A DNA stretch of 64,000 bases from assembly GCA_963771355.1 (NCBI GenBank), contig CAVYTA010000006.1, forward strand, positions 1,152,001 to 1,216,000, written 5' to 3'. This DNA comes from an uncultured Candidatus Rokubacteria bacterium. GTDB lineage: Bacteria; Methylomirabilota; Methylomirabilia; Rokubacteriales; CSP1-6. Position 1 is the first letter of the stretch. The number at the start of each line of letters is the position of its first letter. The notes under the pieces are model-generated. The model had not been told where the DNA came from and did not search any database. It saw only the letters and a list, made by a program, of their open reading frames with translations. Made by a program: the position numbers and the translations under genes. This document shows, piece after piece, positions 10,600-22,166 of the stretch.

Positions 10600-11604
10600 T
10601 CAGCGGATCAGGAGCTCCGCGATCTGGACCCCGTTGAGCGCCGCGCCCTTGCGCAGCTGATCGCCCACCACCCAGAAGTTGAGACCGTTGGGCGTGGTGA
10701 GATCCGGACGGACGCGGCCGACGAAGCAGTCGTCCTGCCCCTCCACGTGCACCGGCATCGGGTAGCGCTGCTGCGCCGGCTCGTCCCAGAGCGCGAGGCC
10801 CGGGAAGGCGGCGAAGACCTCCCACGCGCGCGCCACTCCCACCGGCACCTCCGTCTCCACGTTCACCGCCACCGAGTGCGCGGTGAAGACGGGGACGCGC
10901 ACGGTGGTCGGCGAGACGAGCAGGTCGGGGAGTTCGAGGATCTTGCGCACCTCGTGGACCAGCTTCATCTCCTCGCCGGTATAGCCGTTGTCGCCGAACT
11001 TGTCGATGTGCGGGATCACGTTGAAGGCGATCTGATGGGCGAAGTACCGGGGGACCATGGCCTCGCCGCGTGCCCACGCGAGGGTCTGCGTACGAAGCTC
11101 CTCCACCCCGTTCACGCCCGCTCCCGACACCGCCTGGTAGCTGGTGGCGATCACGCGCCGGAGCCGTCCGGCGTCGTGGAGCGGCTTGAGCGGCATGACG
11201 GTGACGATGCTGGTGCAGTTGGGACAGGCCACGATGCCGGCATGGCCCTTCACCGCGTGCGCGTTGACCTCCGGGACCACCAGCGGAACCGCGGGGTCCA
11301 TGCGAAAGGCGCTGGACTTGTCCACCACCACCGCCCCCGCCTTGACCGCCACCGGCGCGAACTCCCTGGACTGGGCGGAGCCGGCGGAGAAGAGCGCGAT
11401 CTCGACGCCCTTGAACGCCTCGTGGTCGAGCTTCTCCACGCGAAGCGTTTCCCCCCCGAAGGCTACCGTCTTGCCCGCCGACCGCTCCGACGCGAAGACC
11501 CGGAGGTCCTTCACGGGGAACTTCCGCTCCTCGAGGATCTTGAGCGTGGTTTGTCCCACCGCGCCCGTCACCCCCACCACCGCCACCCGCACCCCTGACG
11601 CCAT
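10600..11604 (-). CDS. asd: Aspartate-semialdehyde dehydrogenase
   Basis: [50 protein letters not shown]. Confidence 0.96.
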   Translation of the reverse strand: MASGVRVAVVGVTGAVGQTTLKILEERKFPVKDLRVFASERSAGKTVAFGGETLRVEKLDHEAFKGVEIALFSAGSAQSREFAPVAVKAGAVVVDKSSAFRMDPAVPLVVPEVNAHAVKGHAGIVACPNCTSIVTVMPLKPLHDAGRLRRVIATSYQAVSGAGVNGVEELRTQTLAWARGEAMVPRYFAHQIAFNVIPHIDKFGDNGYTGEEMKLVHEVRKILELPDLLVSPTTVRVPVFTAHSVAVNVETEVPVGVARAWEVFAAFPGLALWDEPAQQRYPMPVHVEGQDDCFVGRVRPDLTTPNGLNFWVVGDQLRKGAALNGVQIAELLIR

Positions 11605-11651
11605 GACTCGACCGTTTCTCCGTCGCTCGTGAGCGTCGCCGGTGGGCGACG

Positions 11652-12740
11652 CTAGTAGGACTTCTCGACTTCGCGGCTCACCAGGTCGCCCATCTGCTGC
11701 GTCCCCACCGGCCGGTCACCCGCCGCGCAGATGTCCGCCGTCCGATGGCCCGCCTCGAGCACCTTGAGCACCGCCGCTTCCACGCGATCCGCGTCGGCGC
11801 CGCGGTTGAGCGAGTAGCGGAGCAGCATGGCCGCGGACAGGATGGCGGCAATGGGATTGGCCACCCCCTTACCCGCGATGTCGGGGGCGGTGCCGTGCAC
11901 CGGCTCGTAGAGTCCCCCCGTGTCGCCCAGGCTCGCGGAGGGCAGCATGCCCATGGAGCCGGCCAGGATGGCCGCCTCGTCGGAAAGGATGTCCCCGAAG
12001 GTGTTCTCCGTCACCAGGGTGTCGAAGTGGGTGGGCTTGTGCACCAGGGCCATGGCGCAGTTGTCCACCAGCACGTGCTCCACCTGCACCTGGGGATACT
12101 CGGCCGCCAGCCGGTTCACCGTGTCCCGCCAGAGCTGGGACACCACCAGCACGTTGGACTTGTCCACCGAGGCCAGCCGCTTCTTCCGCTTCATCGCCAC
12201 GTCGAAGGCGGCACGGACGACACGTTCAATCTCGCGCGTCGTGTAGGACATGGTGTTGACGGCGCGCTCGCCCCCGCCCGGCAGCGCTTCGCGGCCGCGC
12301 GGCTCGCCGAAGTACAGCCCGCCGGTGAGCTCGCGGATCACCATGAGATCGGTGCCCTCGACCACCGAGCGCTTGAGCGGTGAGGCATCCACCAGCATGG
12401 GGAAGCACTTGGCGGGGCGGAGATTCGCGAAGAGGTCGAGCTCCTTGCGGATGCGCAGGAGCCCGCGCTCGGGTCTCGCCTCCTGGGGCAGGTTGTCCCA
12501 CTTGGGCCCCCCCACCGCGCCGAAGAGGATGGCGTCCGCCTGCCGGCACACCCGCAGCGCCGCCTCCGGCAGCGGCCCGCCGGTGGCATCGATGGCGGCG
12601 CCGCCCACCAGGCCCCCCTCGAACTCGAAGGTGGAGCCGGTGGCTTTGCCCACCACCTCGAGCACGCGCCGGGCTTCCGGGGTCACCTCGGCGCCGATTC
12701 CGTCGCCGGGCAGCAGCGCGATCTTGTGGGTCATGGCCAT
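11652..12740 (-). CDS. leuB: 3-isopropylmalate dehydrogenase
   Basis: [57 protein letters not shown]. Confidence 0.96.
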   Translation of the reverse strand: MAMTHKIALLPGDGIGAEVTPEARRVLEVVGKATGSTFEFEGGLVGGAAIDATGGPLPEAALRVCRQADAILFGAVGGPKWDNLPQEARPERGLLRIRKELDLFANLRPAKCFPMLVDASPLKRSVVEGTDLMVIRELTGGLYFGEPRGREALPGGGERAVNTMSYTTREIERVVRAAFDVAMKRKKRLASVDKSNVLVVSQLWRDTVNRLAAEYPQVQVEHVLVDNCAMALVHKPTHFDTLVTENTFGDILSDEAAILAGSMGMLPSASLGDTGGLYEPVHGTAPDIAGKGVANPIAAILSAAMLLRYSLNRGADADRVEAAVLKVLEAGHRTADICAAGDRPVGTQQMGDLVSREVEKSY

Positions 12741-12780
12741 GGGGCGTCTCTCCGGTGGTCCGGGTTCGGGGGCGTGCGCG

Positions 12781-13590
12781 TCAGTGCGCGTCCCGGGGGG
12801 CCTTGTCCGCCGGCAGTCCGCCCTCGCGACGTCGCGCCCAGAGGGGACGCGTGGGGCCGCTGAGCAGGTAGACGCCGAAGAGCGCGAACAGGAACCACTG
12901 CGGATGGGTGGCCACGATCAGCACCCCGAGCACCACCGGGAGGAGGAGCCCCACCGGGCGGCGCCGCGCGAAGTCGATCTCCTTGAAGCTGTAGTAGCGG
13001 AATGTCGAGACCATGAGCAGCGCCACGATGTAGGTGCCCACCGCGATGGCGCTGGCTTGCCAGCGCTCGAGCGGCTCGCCGTCGAGCAGGAGCACCACCG
13101 CGACCACCATCCCCGCCGCGGCGGGAGTGGGCAGGCCCACGAAGTAGCGACGGTCGACCACGCCGGTGTAGACGTTGAAGCGGGCGAGCCGGAGCGCCCC
13201 GCAGATCACGAACAGGAAGGAGCCCAGCCAGGCGGCGCGGCCCAGGGGCCCCAGCGCCAGCATGTAGAGCATGAAGGCGGGCGCCACGCAGAACGAGACG
13301 ACGTCGGCGAGCGAGTCGAACTCCACCCCGAACTGGCTGGTGGTCTTGGTGAGGCGCGCCACCTTGCCGTCGAGCAGGTCGAGCACCATGGCCACGAACA
13401 CCGACACCGCCGCCTCGGTGTACCGCTGCTGAGTGGTGAGGATGAGGGCCAGGAAGCCGCAGAAGAGATTGCCGGTGGTGAGCAGGCTCGGCAGCAGAAA
13501 GATGCCGCGGCGACGCTGCTCGCGCAGCTCCTGCCAGCGGCGCCCCCGCGCCCCGCGCCCCCCTTCGCTCGGAATATGCCGTCGTCTCAT
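12781..13590 (-). CDS. pssA: CDP-diacylglycerol--serine O-phosphatidyltransferase
   Basis: [52 protein letters not shown] overlaps psd stop. Confidence 0.93.
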   Translation of the reverse strand: MRRRHIPSEGGRGARGRRWQELREQRRRGIFLLPSLLTTGNLFCGFLALILTTQQRYTEAAVSVFVAMVLDLLDGKVARLTKTTSQFGVEFDSLADVVSFCVAPAFMLYMLALGPLGRAAWLGSFLFVICGALRLARFNVYTGVVDRRYFVGLPTPAAAGMVVAVVLLLDGEPLERWQASAIAVGTYIVALLMVSTFRYYSFKEIDFARRRPVGLLLPVVLGVLIVATHPQWFLFALFGVYLLSGPTRPLWARRREGGLPADKAPRDAH

Positions 13591-14219
13591 GATTCCCTCA
13601 GCATCCCCATGACGGTTTCCCCGCCCCTGACCCGATCGCCCACCTTCACGCGCAGCTCCGTTCCCGTCGGCACCAGCAGGTCCGTCCGCGAGCCGAAGCG
13701 GATCATCCCGTACCGCTGCCCGGCCAGGAGCTTGTCGCCCGGCCGAACCCGGCACACGATGCGCCGGGCCAGCACTCCCGAGATCTGGCGCACCGACAGC
13801 CGCGCCACGTCCGACTCCAGCGCGACCGTGCAGCGCTCGTTCTGTTCCGACGCCTCGGACTTGTAGGCGGCGAGGAAGCGCCCGGACACGTATTCCACAT
13901 CCCGCACGATACCGGCCGCCGGGGCCCGATTCACGTGCACGTCGAGGGGAGAGAGGAAGATCGAGAGGCGCACCGCCCGGCCCACCCAGCGATCCTCGAC
14001 CTCCACGACACCCATCACCTTGCCATCGGCGGGCGCCAGCACGGCGCCCGGCAGCGTGGGCACCACCCGCTCGGGATCCCGGAAAAAGGCCAGGAACGCG
14101 AGCGCCACCGCCGTGAGGACCCCCGCGGCGATGGGCCATCCCATCAGCGCCAGGATACACGCGGCCACCGCCGGAGGAAAGATGAACGGCCATCCCTCGG
14201 CGGCGACCGGTATGCGCAC
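13587..14219 (-). CDS. psd: Phosphatidylserine decarboxylase proenzyme
   Basis: FFRDPER, APADGKV, IFLSPLDVHVNRAP, GMIRFGSR pyruvoyl site; GGAGG upstream of GTG. Confidence 0.93.
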   Translation of the reverse strand: MRIPVAAEGWPFIFPPAVAACILALMGWPIAAGVLTAVALAFLAFFRDPERVVPTLPGAVLAPADGKVMGVVEVEDRWVGRAVRLSIFLSPLDVHVNRAPAAGIVRDVEYVSGRFLAAYKSEASEQNERCTVALESDVARLSVRQISGVLARRIVCRVRPGDKLLAGQRYGMIRFGSRTDLLVPTGTELRVKVGDRVRGGETVMGMLRES

Positions 14220-14242
14220 GAAGACCTCCCGCCCGCCGGCCC

Positions 14243-15247
14243 CTACTCCCGCGGCGGCTTGATCCAGGACATCATCTTCCGCAGCCGGGCCCCGACCTCC
14301 TCGATCGGATGCTCGGCATCCCGCTTCCGCATGGCGAGGAAGCCGGCGCGGTTGGCCTGGTTCTCCAGGATCCACTCCCGCGCGAACTGACCCGACTGGA
14401 TCTCGGCGAGGATCTTCTTCATCTCCGCCTTGATCCGGTCGTCCACGATGCGGGGCCCCCGCGTGTAGTCGCCGTACTCCGCGGTGTCGGACACCGAGTA
14501 GCGCATGTAGGCCAGGCCGCCCTGGTAGAACAGGTCCACGATCAGCTTCATCTCGTGCATGCACTCGAAGTAGGCCACCTCGGGCTGATAGCCGGCCTCC
14601 ACCAGGGTCTCGAAGGCGTTCTTGATGAGGTGAGAGACGCCGCCGCAGAGCGTGGTCTGCTCGCCGAAGAGGTCGGTCTCCGTCTCCTCCTTGAACGTGG
14701 TCTCGATGATGCCGGCGCGCGCGCACCCCACGCCCTTGCCGTAGGCCAGCGCGAGGTCCTTGGCCTTGCCCGACACGTCCTGGTACACCGCCACCAGCGC
14801 GGGCACGCCGGGCCCCTGGGTGAAGAGATCGCGCATCACGTGGCCGGGGGCCTTGGGCGCGATCATGGACACGTCCACGTCGGGCGAGGGCACCACCTGG
14901 TTGAAGTGGATGTTGAAGCCGTGGGCGAACATGAGCATCTTGCCCTTGCCCAGCGCCCCCTTGATGGACTCCTCGTACACCTGGCGCTGGGTCTGGTCGG
15001 GCAGGAGGATCATGATGATGTCGCCGGCGGCGGCGGCCTCGTTGACGCTCATGACCTTGAGCCCGGCCTTCTCGGCCCGGGCCCAGCCCTTCGAGCCCTT
15101 GTACAGCCCGATGACCACGTCCTGACCGGAGTCCTTCAGGTTCAGGGCGTGGGCGTGCCCCTGGCTCCCGTAGCCGATGATGGCCACCTTCTTGCCCCGC
15201 AGGAGGCCGAGGTCGGCATCCTGGTCGTAATAGATCTTGGCCGGCAT
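14243..15247 (-). CDS. ilvC: Ketol-acid reductoisomerase
   Basis: [41 protein letters not shown]. Confidence 0.97.
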   Translation of the reverse strand: MPAKIYYDQDADLGLLRGKKVAIIGYGSQGHAHALNLKDSGQDVVIGLYKGSKGWARAEKAGLKVMSVNEAAAAGDIIMILLPDQTQRQVYEESIKGALGKGKMLMFAHGFNIHFNQVVPSPDVDVSMIAPKAPGHVMRDLFTQGPGVPALVAVYQDVSGKAKDLALAYGKGVGCARAGIIETTFKEETETDLFGEQTTLCGGVSHLIKNAFETLVEAGYQPEVAYFECMHEMKLIVDLFYQGGLAYMRYSVSDTAEYGDYTRGPRIVDDRIKAEMKKILAEIQSGQFAREWILENQANRAGFLAMRKRDAEHPIEEVGARLRKMMSWIKPPRE

Positions 15248-15270
15248 GATGAGGGTCTCCCTTGGAGTGG

Positions 15271-15861
15271 TTAGTCCGCGAAACCGACGACCTTCGGATC
15301 CTGGCTCTGCGGGCGCGGCGGCCCGGGCCGCTTGCCCAGCTTCTCTTCCACCTTCCGCACGCGGTTCTTCGAGCTCCGCGCGATGGCCACCTTCCCCGTG
15401 CGCACCACCTCCTGGATGCCGAAGGGCCGCAGGAGATCGATGATGGCCTCGATCTTGCCCTCCTCGCCGGTGGCTTCCAGCGTGTAGGTGGTGGGCGTGA
15501 CGTCCACCACCTTGGCCCGGAAGATGTCCCCGATGCGGAGGATCTCCGCGCGGGCGCCCGGCTCGGCATTGACCTTGAGGAGGAGCATCTCCCGCTCCAC
15601 GTGATCCTCCTCGCTGAGGTCGGTCACCTTGATGACGTCGATGAGCTTGTGCAGCTGCTTGATCACCTGCTCGATGATGAAGGCGTCGCCGCGCACCACC
15701 AGGGTCATGCGCGACACGGTGGGGTCGAGCGTCTCCCCCACCGAGAGGCTCTCGATGTTGTAGCCGCGGGCGGAGAAGAGTCCGGCCACGCGCGAGAGCA
15801 CGCCGAACTTGTTCTCCACGAGCACGGCGATGGTGTGCTTGCGCGGATCGTCGCCGTTCAC
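15271..15861 (-). CDS. ilvN: Acetolactate synthase small subunit
   Basis: [38 protein letters not shown]. Confidence 0.95.
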   Translation of the reverse strand: MNGDDPRKHTIAVLVENKFGVLSRVAGLFSARGYNIESLSVGETLDPTVSRMTLVVRGDAFIIEQVIKQLHKLIDVIKVTDLSEEDHVEREMLLLKVNAEPGARAEILRIGDIFRAKVVDVTPTTYTLEATGEEGKIEAIIDLLRPFGIQEVVRTGKVAIARSSKNRVRKVEEKLGKRPGPPRPQSQDPKVVGFAD

Positions 15862-15862
15862 G

Positions 15863-17617
15863 CTAGAATCCCGTCTGCGACTTGGCCGCGCGATCCCGGA
15901 CCTCCCGGCTGGGAGGCGCGACGATCATGTCGGTGTTGGCCCCGCCCGCGGGCACCATCGGGAACACGCACTCGTGCTTGTCCACCCAGACGTCCACCAC
16001 CACCGGGCCCGGGGTGGCGATCATCTTCTCGAGCGCGGGCCTCACCTCGCCGGGCTTGGTGGCGCGGATGCCGGTGCACCCGTAGGCCTCCGCCAGCTTC
16101 ACGAAGTCGGGGCTGGGCCCGAGATCGATGGCGCTGAAGCGCTCCTTGTAGATGATCCGCTGCCACTGCCGCACCATGCCGTGCCCGCCGTTGTTGATGA
16201 TGATGGTCTTCACGGGCAGGCGCTCCTCGTGGCAGGTGGCGAGCTCCTGGCTGTTCATCTGGAAGGACCCGTCGCCGTCGATGTTGACCACCAAGCGATC
16301 GGGGTTGCCCGCCTGCACGCCCATGGCGGTGGGGAGCCCATACCCCATGGTGCCGAGCCCGCCGGAGGTGCACCACATGCGCGGGTGCTTGAAGCGGTAG
16401 TACTGGGCCGCCCACATCTGATGCTGCCCCACCCCGGTCACCACGAACGCCTCTCCGTTGGTGAGCGTGGACAGCTCCTCGATCACGAACTGCGGCTTGA
16501 TGACGTCCTCGCTCCACTCGTAGCGGAGGGGCTGATCGCGCCGCCATTCCGCGATCTGCTCCGCCCACTGACGCCGCGTCTCCTTCATCACGCCCGCGGG
16601 ATAGGACTTCAGCTCCTCGCGCACCGCCTCCAGCAGCTTGGCGAGCACGCGCTTGCAATCGCCCACGATGGGGATGGCCACCGGGATGTTCTTCGAGATC
16701 GACGAGGGATCGATGTCCACGTGGATGATCTCGGCATGGGGGGAGAAGGCGTCCACGCGGCCGGTGACGCGGTCGTCGAAGCGCGCCCCCACCGACATGA
16801 GGACGTCGGAGTGGTGGACGGCCATGTTGGCGTAGTAGGTCCCGTGCATCCCCAGCATGTCCAGCGACAGCGGGTGCGCCATGGGGAAGGCACCCAGGCC
16901 CATGAGGGTCTGCGTGACCGGGAGCTGGGCCAGCTCCGCCAGCTCGAGCAGCTCCGGCGACGCATCGGCGGAGATGGCGCCGCCCCCCACGTAGAGCACC
17001 GGCCGCTTGGCCCGGATGAGCGAGCGCGCCGCCTTCCGGATCTGACCCGGATGACCGTCGTAGGTGGGATTGTAGGAGCGCAGGTGGACGGTGTCCGGAT
17101 AGGAGAAGTCCCACTCCTTGACCAGGATGTCCTTGGGCAGGTCCACGTGCACCGGCCCCGGGCGGCCGCTCCGGGCGAGGAAGAACGCTTCCTTGATGGT
17201 GCCGGCGAGGTCGTCGCCGTCCTTCACCAGGAAGTTGTGCTTGGTGGCGGAGCGGGTGATTCCGACATTGTCGGCTTCCTGGAAGGCGTCGTTCCCGATG
17301 AGGTGCGTGGGCACCTGGCCGGTGAAGGCGACGAGCGGGATCGAGTCCATGAGCGCGTCCTGGAGCGCGGTCACCAGATTGGTGGCGGCGGGCCCGGAGG
17401 TCACCAGGCAGACGCCGACCCGGCCGGTGGTGCGGGAGTATCCCTCGGCCGCGTGGCCGGCGGCCGCCTCCTGGCGGACCAGGATATGACGGATTCCCTC
17501 GAAGTCGTACAGGACGTCGTAAATCGGCAGCACTGCGCCGCCCGGTAGACCGAAGATGAGGTCCACGCCTTCCTTCTTCAGTGACTCCAGCACGATCCGC
17601 GCTCCTGACATCTTCAC
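15863..17617 (-). CDS. ilvB: Acetolactate synthase large subunit
   Basis: [46 protein letters not shown]. Confidence 0.97.
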   Translation of the reverse strand: MKMSGARIVLESLKKEGVDLIFGLPGGAVLPIYDVLYDFEGIRHILVRQEAAAGHAAEGYSRTTGRVGVCLVTSGPAATNLVTALQDALMDSIPLVAFTGQVPTHLIGNDAFQEADNVGITRSATKHNFLVKDGDDLAGTIKEAFFLARSGRPGPVHVDLPKDILVKEWDFSYPDTVHLRSYNPTYDGHPGQIRKAARSLIRAKRPVLYVGGGAISADASPELLELAELAQLPVTQTLMGLGAFPMAHPLSLDMLGMHGTYYANMAVHHSDVLMSVGARFDDRVTGRVDAFSPHAEIIHVDIDPSSISKNIPVAIPIVGDCKRVLAKLLEAVREELKSYPAGVMKETRRQWAEQIAEWRRDQPLRYEWSEDVIKPQFVIEELSTLTNGEAFVVTGVGQHQMWAAQYYRFKHPRMWCTSGGLGTMGYGLPTAMGVQAGNPDRLVVNIDGDGSFQMNSQELATCHEERLPVKTIIINNGGHGMVRQWQRIIYKERFSAIDLGPSPDFVKLAEAYGCTGIRATKPGEVRPALEKMIATPGPVVVDVWVDKHECVFPMVPAGGANTDMIVAPPSREVRDRAAKSQTGF

Positions 17618-17749
17618 CGCTTGGTCTCCCTTCCTCGTCGATCGTCGCTGCTCATGCGTACACTACCGCCGCCCCGCCGTAGCCGGGCATTCCTGGATGT
17701 CCTCGATGGCGCCACCATCGGGCGTGCCCGGCGGAGCCCGGCCGGCCGC

Positions 17750-20545
17750 TCACGCACGGCGCGCGCCTCCCCGACGGGCGGCCCGCTTCCCCTGTCGCAC
17801 CATGCGCCTCGGCGGGCGCGCGGGCGTGCCCGCCGGGCGGGGCTCCGCGAGCTGCGCCTGGGCGGCGGCCATCCACGCCACCGGCACCGAGTAGGGCGAG
17901 CACGACACGTAGGTCATGCCCGCGCGGTGGCAGAACTCCACCGACGAGGGGTCGCCCCCATGCTCGCCGCAGATCCCGACCTTGAGCCCGGGCCGCGCGG
18001 CGCGCCCGCGCTCGATGCCCAGCTCGATCAGCTCGCCGACGCCCTCCTGGTCGAGCACCGCGAACGGGTCGGCGGGGAGCAGCTTCTTCTCCAGGTAGAA
18101 CGGAAGGAACTTGCCGATGTCGTCGCGGCTGTAGCCGAAGGTCATCTGGGTGAGGTCGTTCGTCCCGAAGGAGAAGAACTCCGCGTGCTCGGCGAGCTTC
18201 CCCGCCACCAGGGCGGCGCGAGGGACCTCGATCATGGTGCCCACCGTGTAGGGAACCCGCACGCCCGCCTCGGCCTGCACCGCCTCCGCCACCCGCCGGG
18301 TCATGTCCGCGGTCAGCCGCATCTCCGCCACCGTGCCGGTGAGCGGGATCATGATCTCCGGCTCCACCGCCCCCCCGCGACGGACCACCTCACAGGCGGC
18401 CTCGATGATGGCCCGCACCTGCATGTCGTAGATCTCGGGAGAGGTGATGCCGAGCCGGCAGCCGCGGTGCCCGAGCATGGGATTGGATTCCTGCAGGGCC
18501 TCCAGCCGCGCCTTGATCTCGCCCAGCTCCTGATGCCGGGCCGGATTGATGCCGCGCGCGTCCAGCCGCGTGTACTCCTCGAGCACGTCCTTGTACTTGG
18601 GCAGGAACTCGTGCAGCGGGGGATCCAGGAGCCGGATCGTCACCGGCAGCCCCTGCATCGCGGTGAAGATGCCCACGAAGTCCTCCCGCTGAAAGGGGAG
18701 GAGCCGATCCACCGCCTTCTGGCGAGCCTGGGCGTCCCCGGCCATGATCATCTCGCGAACGATGGGGATGCGGTCCTCCGCGAAGAACATGTGCTCGGTG
18801 CGGACGAGCCCGATGCCCTCGGCCGCGAACTCGCGGGACTTCAGCGCGTCCTCGGGCGTGTCGGCATTGGCCCGCACCCGGGTGGTGGCGAACTTGCGCG
18901 CCCAGTCCAGCAGCTCCTTGAACTCGGGCGACAGGGTGGGATCGATGAGGGGGAGCGCGCCCAGCACCACCTCGCCGGTGGCGCCGTTCAGCGTGATGGT
19001 CTGCCCCTCGCGCACCACCGCGCGGCCCACCCGGAAGAGACCGCGCTCCTCTTCGACCACCACCTCGCCCGCGCCGACGATGCAGGCCTTGCCCCAGCCG
19101 CGGGCCACCACCGCCGCGTGCGAGGTGAGGCCGCCGCGGGCGGTGAGGATGCCCTGCGAGGCGTGCATGCCGGCGACGTCCTCGGGCGAGGTCTCCGCAC
19201 GGACGAGGATGACCTTGTCCTCGCGCAGCGCCGCCTCGACCGCCCGGTCGGGGTGGAAGACCACCCTGCCGGTGGCGGCGGCCGCGGTGGCGGCCAGCCC
19301 CTGGGTCAGCGCGGTGTACTTGGCGCGGGGGTCCACCGTCTTGACGAGGAGCTGCTGCAGCGCGCCCGCGTCCACCCGGCGCACCGCGGCTTCGCGATCG
19401 ATCAGCCGCTCCCGCACCATCTCCACCGCAATCCGCACCGCCGCGCCGGCGGTGCGCTTGCCGGCGCGCGTCTGCAGCAGGTGGAGCCGGCCTTCCTGCA
19501 CCGTGAACTCCATGTCCTGCATGTCGCGGTAGTGCTTCTCCAGCCGGTCCTTGATGGCGACGAGCTGGGCGTACGCCTTGGGCATGCGCGTCTCGAGCGC
19601 GGCCAGCGGCTCGGGGGTGCGAATGCCCGCCACCACGTCCTCGCCCTGCGCGTTGACGAGGAACTCGCCGAAGAATCGGCGCTCGCCGGAGGAGGGATCC
19701 CGGCTGAAGCACACGCCGGTGCCGGAGGTGTCGCCGAGATTGCCGAAGACCATGGCCATGACCGTCACCGCCGTGCCCCAGTCGTCGGGCAGCCGGTGGA
19801 TGCGGCGGTAGTCCACCGCCTTCTTGGCGAACCACGAGTCGAACACGGCGTTGACGGCGAGGCGGAGCTGCTCGGAGGGGTCCTGGGGGAACGGCCGCCC
19901 GGTCTTGTCCTGCACCAGGGCCTTCGCGCTGGCCACCAGCTCTCTCAAGATGGCGGGCGGCACGTCGGCGTCGGTGCGGGCGCCGGCGCGGGCCTTGGCC
20001 TCGTCGAGGAGTCGATCGAAGGCCTGCCGCTCGATGCCCAGCACCACGTCGCCGAAGATGGTGAGGAAGCGACGGTAGCAATCCCAGGCGAAGCGCTCGT
20101 TCTTGGTCCAGCGGGCCAGGCCCTCGACCGTCCGGTCATTGAGGCCGAGGTTGAGGACGGTGTCCATCATGCCCGGCATGGAGGCGCGCGCGCCGGAGCG
20201 AACCGACACCAGGAGAGGGCGCTCGGGATCCCCGAGCTTGAGACCCGCGGCGGCCTCGAGCCGCGCGAGAGCGGCCAGGACCTGGGGCCAGAGGCCCGCC
20301 GGCGGCTGCTTGCCGCCGTCCACGTAGGCCTTCCACGCCTGGGTCGTGATCGTGAAACCCGGCGGCACGGGGATGCCGAGGTTGGTCATCTCGGCAAGCT
20401 CGCAGCCCTTGCCGCCGAGGAGATCCCGGAGCGCGCTCGACCCCTCCGCCTTGCCGTTCGCAAAGGCGTAGACGTACTTGAGCCCCTGGGTGGCGCGCTT
20501 CGCGGGCCTCGCCCGCGAGCGCACGCGCGCCTTGACCTGCGCCAT
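17750..20545 (-). CDS. ppdK: Pyruvate, phosphate dikinase
   Basis: LLGGKG, SVRSGARASMPGMMDT, GGLTSHAAVVARG (phospho-His), GLVRTEHMF, SFGTNDLTQ, GICGEHGG. Start uncertain (20545 or 20572). Confidence 0.96.
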   Translation of the reverse strand: MAQVKARVRSRARPAKRATQGLKYVYAFANGKAEGSSALRDLLGGKGCELAEMTNLGIPVPPGFTITTQAWKAYVDGGKQPPAGLWPQVLAALARLEAAAGLKLGDPERPLLVSVRSGARASMPGMMDTVLNLGLNDRTVEGLARWTKNERFAWDCYRRFLTIFGDVVLGIERQAFDRLLDEAKARAGARTDADVPPAILRELVASAKALVQDKTGRPFPQDPSEQLRLAVNAVFDSWFAKKAVDYRRIHRLPDDWGTAVTVMAMVFGNLGDTSGTGVCFSRDPSSGERRFFGEFLVNAQGEDVVAGIRTPEPLAALETRMPKAYAQLVAIKDRLEKHYRDMQDMEFTVQEGRLHLLQTRAGKRTAGAAVRIAVEMVRERLIDREAAVRRVDAGALQQLLVKTVDPRAKYTALTQGLAATAAAATGRVVFHPDRAVEAALREDKVILVRAETSPEDVAGMHASQGILTARGGLTSHAAVVARGWGKACIVGAGEVVVEEERGLFRVGRAVVREGQTITLNGATGEVVLGALPLIDPTLSPEFKELLDWARKFATTRVRANADTPEDALKSREFAAEGIGLVRTEHMFFAEDRIPIVREMIMAGDAQARQKAVDRLLPFQREDFVGIFTAMQGLPVTIRLLDPPLHEFLPKYKDVLEEYTRLDARGINPARHQELGEIKARLEALQESNPMLGHRGCRLGITSPEIYDMQVRAIIEAACEVVRRGGAVEPEIMIPLTGTVAEMRLTADMTRRVAEAVQAEAGVRVPYTVGTMIEVPRAALVAGKLAEHAEFFSFGTNDLTQMTFGYSRDDIGKFLPFYLEKKLLPADPFAVLDQEGVGELIELGIERGRAARPGLKVGICGEHGGDPSSVEFCHRAGMTYVSCSPYSVPVAWMAAAQAQLAEPRPAGTPARPPRRMVRQGKRAARRGGARRA

Positions 20546-20618
20546 CGAGCGAGCCCTCCGCCGCCGAGACATGGGGACAGAAAAAGATAGGCCCATCCAG
20601 GGCCTGGAGTACGCGCTC

Positions 20619-20647
20619 ATGCTACGGAAGGGGCCGGGGAATGTCAA
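20619..20647 (-). promoter_or_regulatory. Sigma70 promoter of ppdK
   Basis: TTGACA (20647-20642) - 17 nt - TAGCAT (20624-20619). Confidence 0.7.
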
Positions 20648-20698
20648 CGAATAATCTTGCCGCCACGCGGACTTACGCAGGACTGCGGTCGCGGAAAC

Positions 20699-21448
20699 TC
20701 AGGCCCCCGGCCGCCTCTTTCGCGAAGGCGGTTCCGTCGCGCCGGGAACACGGCCTCCCGGCGTGCCCATGACCAGCCGCTCCACCGCCGTGAGATGGTC
20801 GAGCACGGCGCGATGAGCGCCGACCTCGTCGCGGCGACGGATCGCCTCCAGGATGCGCTGATGGTCCTCGTGGGAGCGGGTGGGCCGGCCGGGCGTATGC
20901 AGCGACTCCTCCCGGCTCTGGGTGAGGAGGTCCATGAGGGCGCCGTCGATGCGGCTGATCGCGCGGTTGTGGGCGCTGGACGCCATGGCACCGTGGAAGG
21001 CGGCGTCCTGGACCAGACCCGTGCGGCCCTGCGCGATCTCCTTCGCCTGCTCCTCGAGGATGCGCGCCATCTCCGCGATGTCTTCGGGCGTGGCGCGCCG
21101 GGCGGCCAGGGCGGCGATGGCGGGCTCGAGCAGGCGGCGAGCCTCGAAGAGCTCGCCCACCGCCTCACGATGGGGCAGGATGACCAGGGCCAGCGGCTCG
21201 ATCAGGGTCTCCACCGAGATGTCGCGGACGAAGGTCCCCTCCCCCGCGCGGATCTCGATGAGCCCCCGGCTCTGCAGGGCCCGGAGGGCTTCCCGCACCG
21301 ACGTGCGGCTGACCATGAACTTCTCGGCGAGATCGCGCTCGGGCGGGAGCTGATCGCCGGACTTCAGCTTGCCTTCCGCGATCAGCTGCTTGACCTGGCG
21401 GACGATCTCCTCGTAGATCCGGGTGCTCTTGACCGGCTCGATGTCCAT
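20699..21448 (-). CDS. GntR family, FadR-subfamily transcriptional regulator
   Basis: LPPERDLAEKFMVSRTSVREAL..GEGTFV HTH; FCD domain with D..FH, S.HN, EDHQRI. Confidence 0.93.
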   Translation of the reverse strand: MDIEPVKSTRIYEEIVRQVKQLIAEGKLKSGDQLPPERDLAEKFMVSRTSVREALRALQSRGLIEIRAGEGTFVRDISVETLIEPLALVILPHREAVGELFEARRLLEPAIAALAARRATPEDIAEMARILEEQAKEIAQGRTGLVQDAAFHGAMASSAHNRAISRIDGALMDLLTQSREESLHTPGRPTRSHEDHQRILEAIRRRDEVGAHRAVLDHLTAVERLVMGTPGGRVPGATEPPSRKRRPGA

Positions 21449-21449
21449 G

Positions 21450-22145
21450 CTAGCCGGCGGTGGCCTCGCCGCCGGCCGCCGCGGCCCGCCGGCGGACGGT
21501 GAGCCAGCCGATCAGGATGATGGCGCCCGCCAGCCCGAGGCGCAGCGCCCACTCCACCACGTCCGGCACGTCGCCGAGCCGGCTCACCACGAAGTGGTCG
21601 TGCACGAGCATCTTGCCCGCCACCTCGCCCAGGATGCCGCCCGCGATGAGAATGATCCACGGATAGCGGTTCATCAGGTTCGCGAGCACCCCGCTGCCCC
21701 ACACCACGATGGGGATGCTGAGCGCGATGCCGAAGACGACGAGGCGCATGTCGCCTTCGGCGGCGCCCGCCACCCCGATGACGTTGTCGAGGCTCATCAC
21801 CACGTCGGCCACGATGATGATCCAGACCGCCTCGGGGAGCGTGGTCCCGTGACGCACGTGCCCGTCCCCGCCCCCGTCGGACTGGCGGACGAGCTTGATC
21901 GCGATCCAGATCAGGAGCAGGCCGCCCACCGCCTGGAGCAGCGGGATGCCCAGGAGAAAGGTGATGATGCCGATGAAGAGGAGCCGGAGGCCCACCGCGC
22001 CCACCGTGCCCCAGATCCGGCCCAGGAGCTGCTGGCGCTTGGGCAAGGTGCGCACCGCGAGCGCGATCACGAGGGCGTTGTCGCCGGCCAGGGCCAAATC
22101 GATGAGCACGATCTTCAGGACGCCGAGCACGAAATCGAAATTCAC
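21450..22145 (-). CDS. TerC/YjbE family membrane protein
   Basis: IDLALAGDNALVIALA, ADVVMSLDNVIGVAGAA. Confidence 0.9.
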   Translation of the reverse strand: MNFDFVLGVLKIVLIDLALAGDNALVIALAVRTLPKRQQLLGRIWGTVGAVGLRLLFIGIITFLLGIPLLQAVGGLLLIWIAIKLVRQSDGGGDGHVRHGTTLPEAVWIIIVADVVMSLDNVIGVAGAAEGDMRLVVFGIALSIPIVVWGSGVLANLMNRYPWIILIAGGILGEVAGKMLVHDHFVVSRLGDVPDVVEWALRLGLAGAIILIGWLTVRRRAAAAGGEATAG

Positions 22146-22166
22146 GAGTCCCCCGTCACGATCCGG

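Noticed and set aside
17621..20590. Long antisense or alternate-frame ORFs (e.g. 17621-20590+, 26304-28907+, 7222-9348+, 47427-50108-)
   Set aside because: Shadows of real genes caused by stop-codon scarcity at high GC; Arg/Gly/Ala/His-rich with no motifs.
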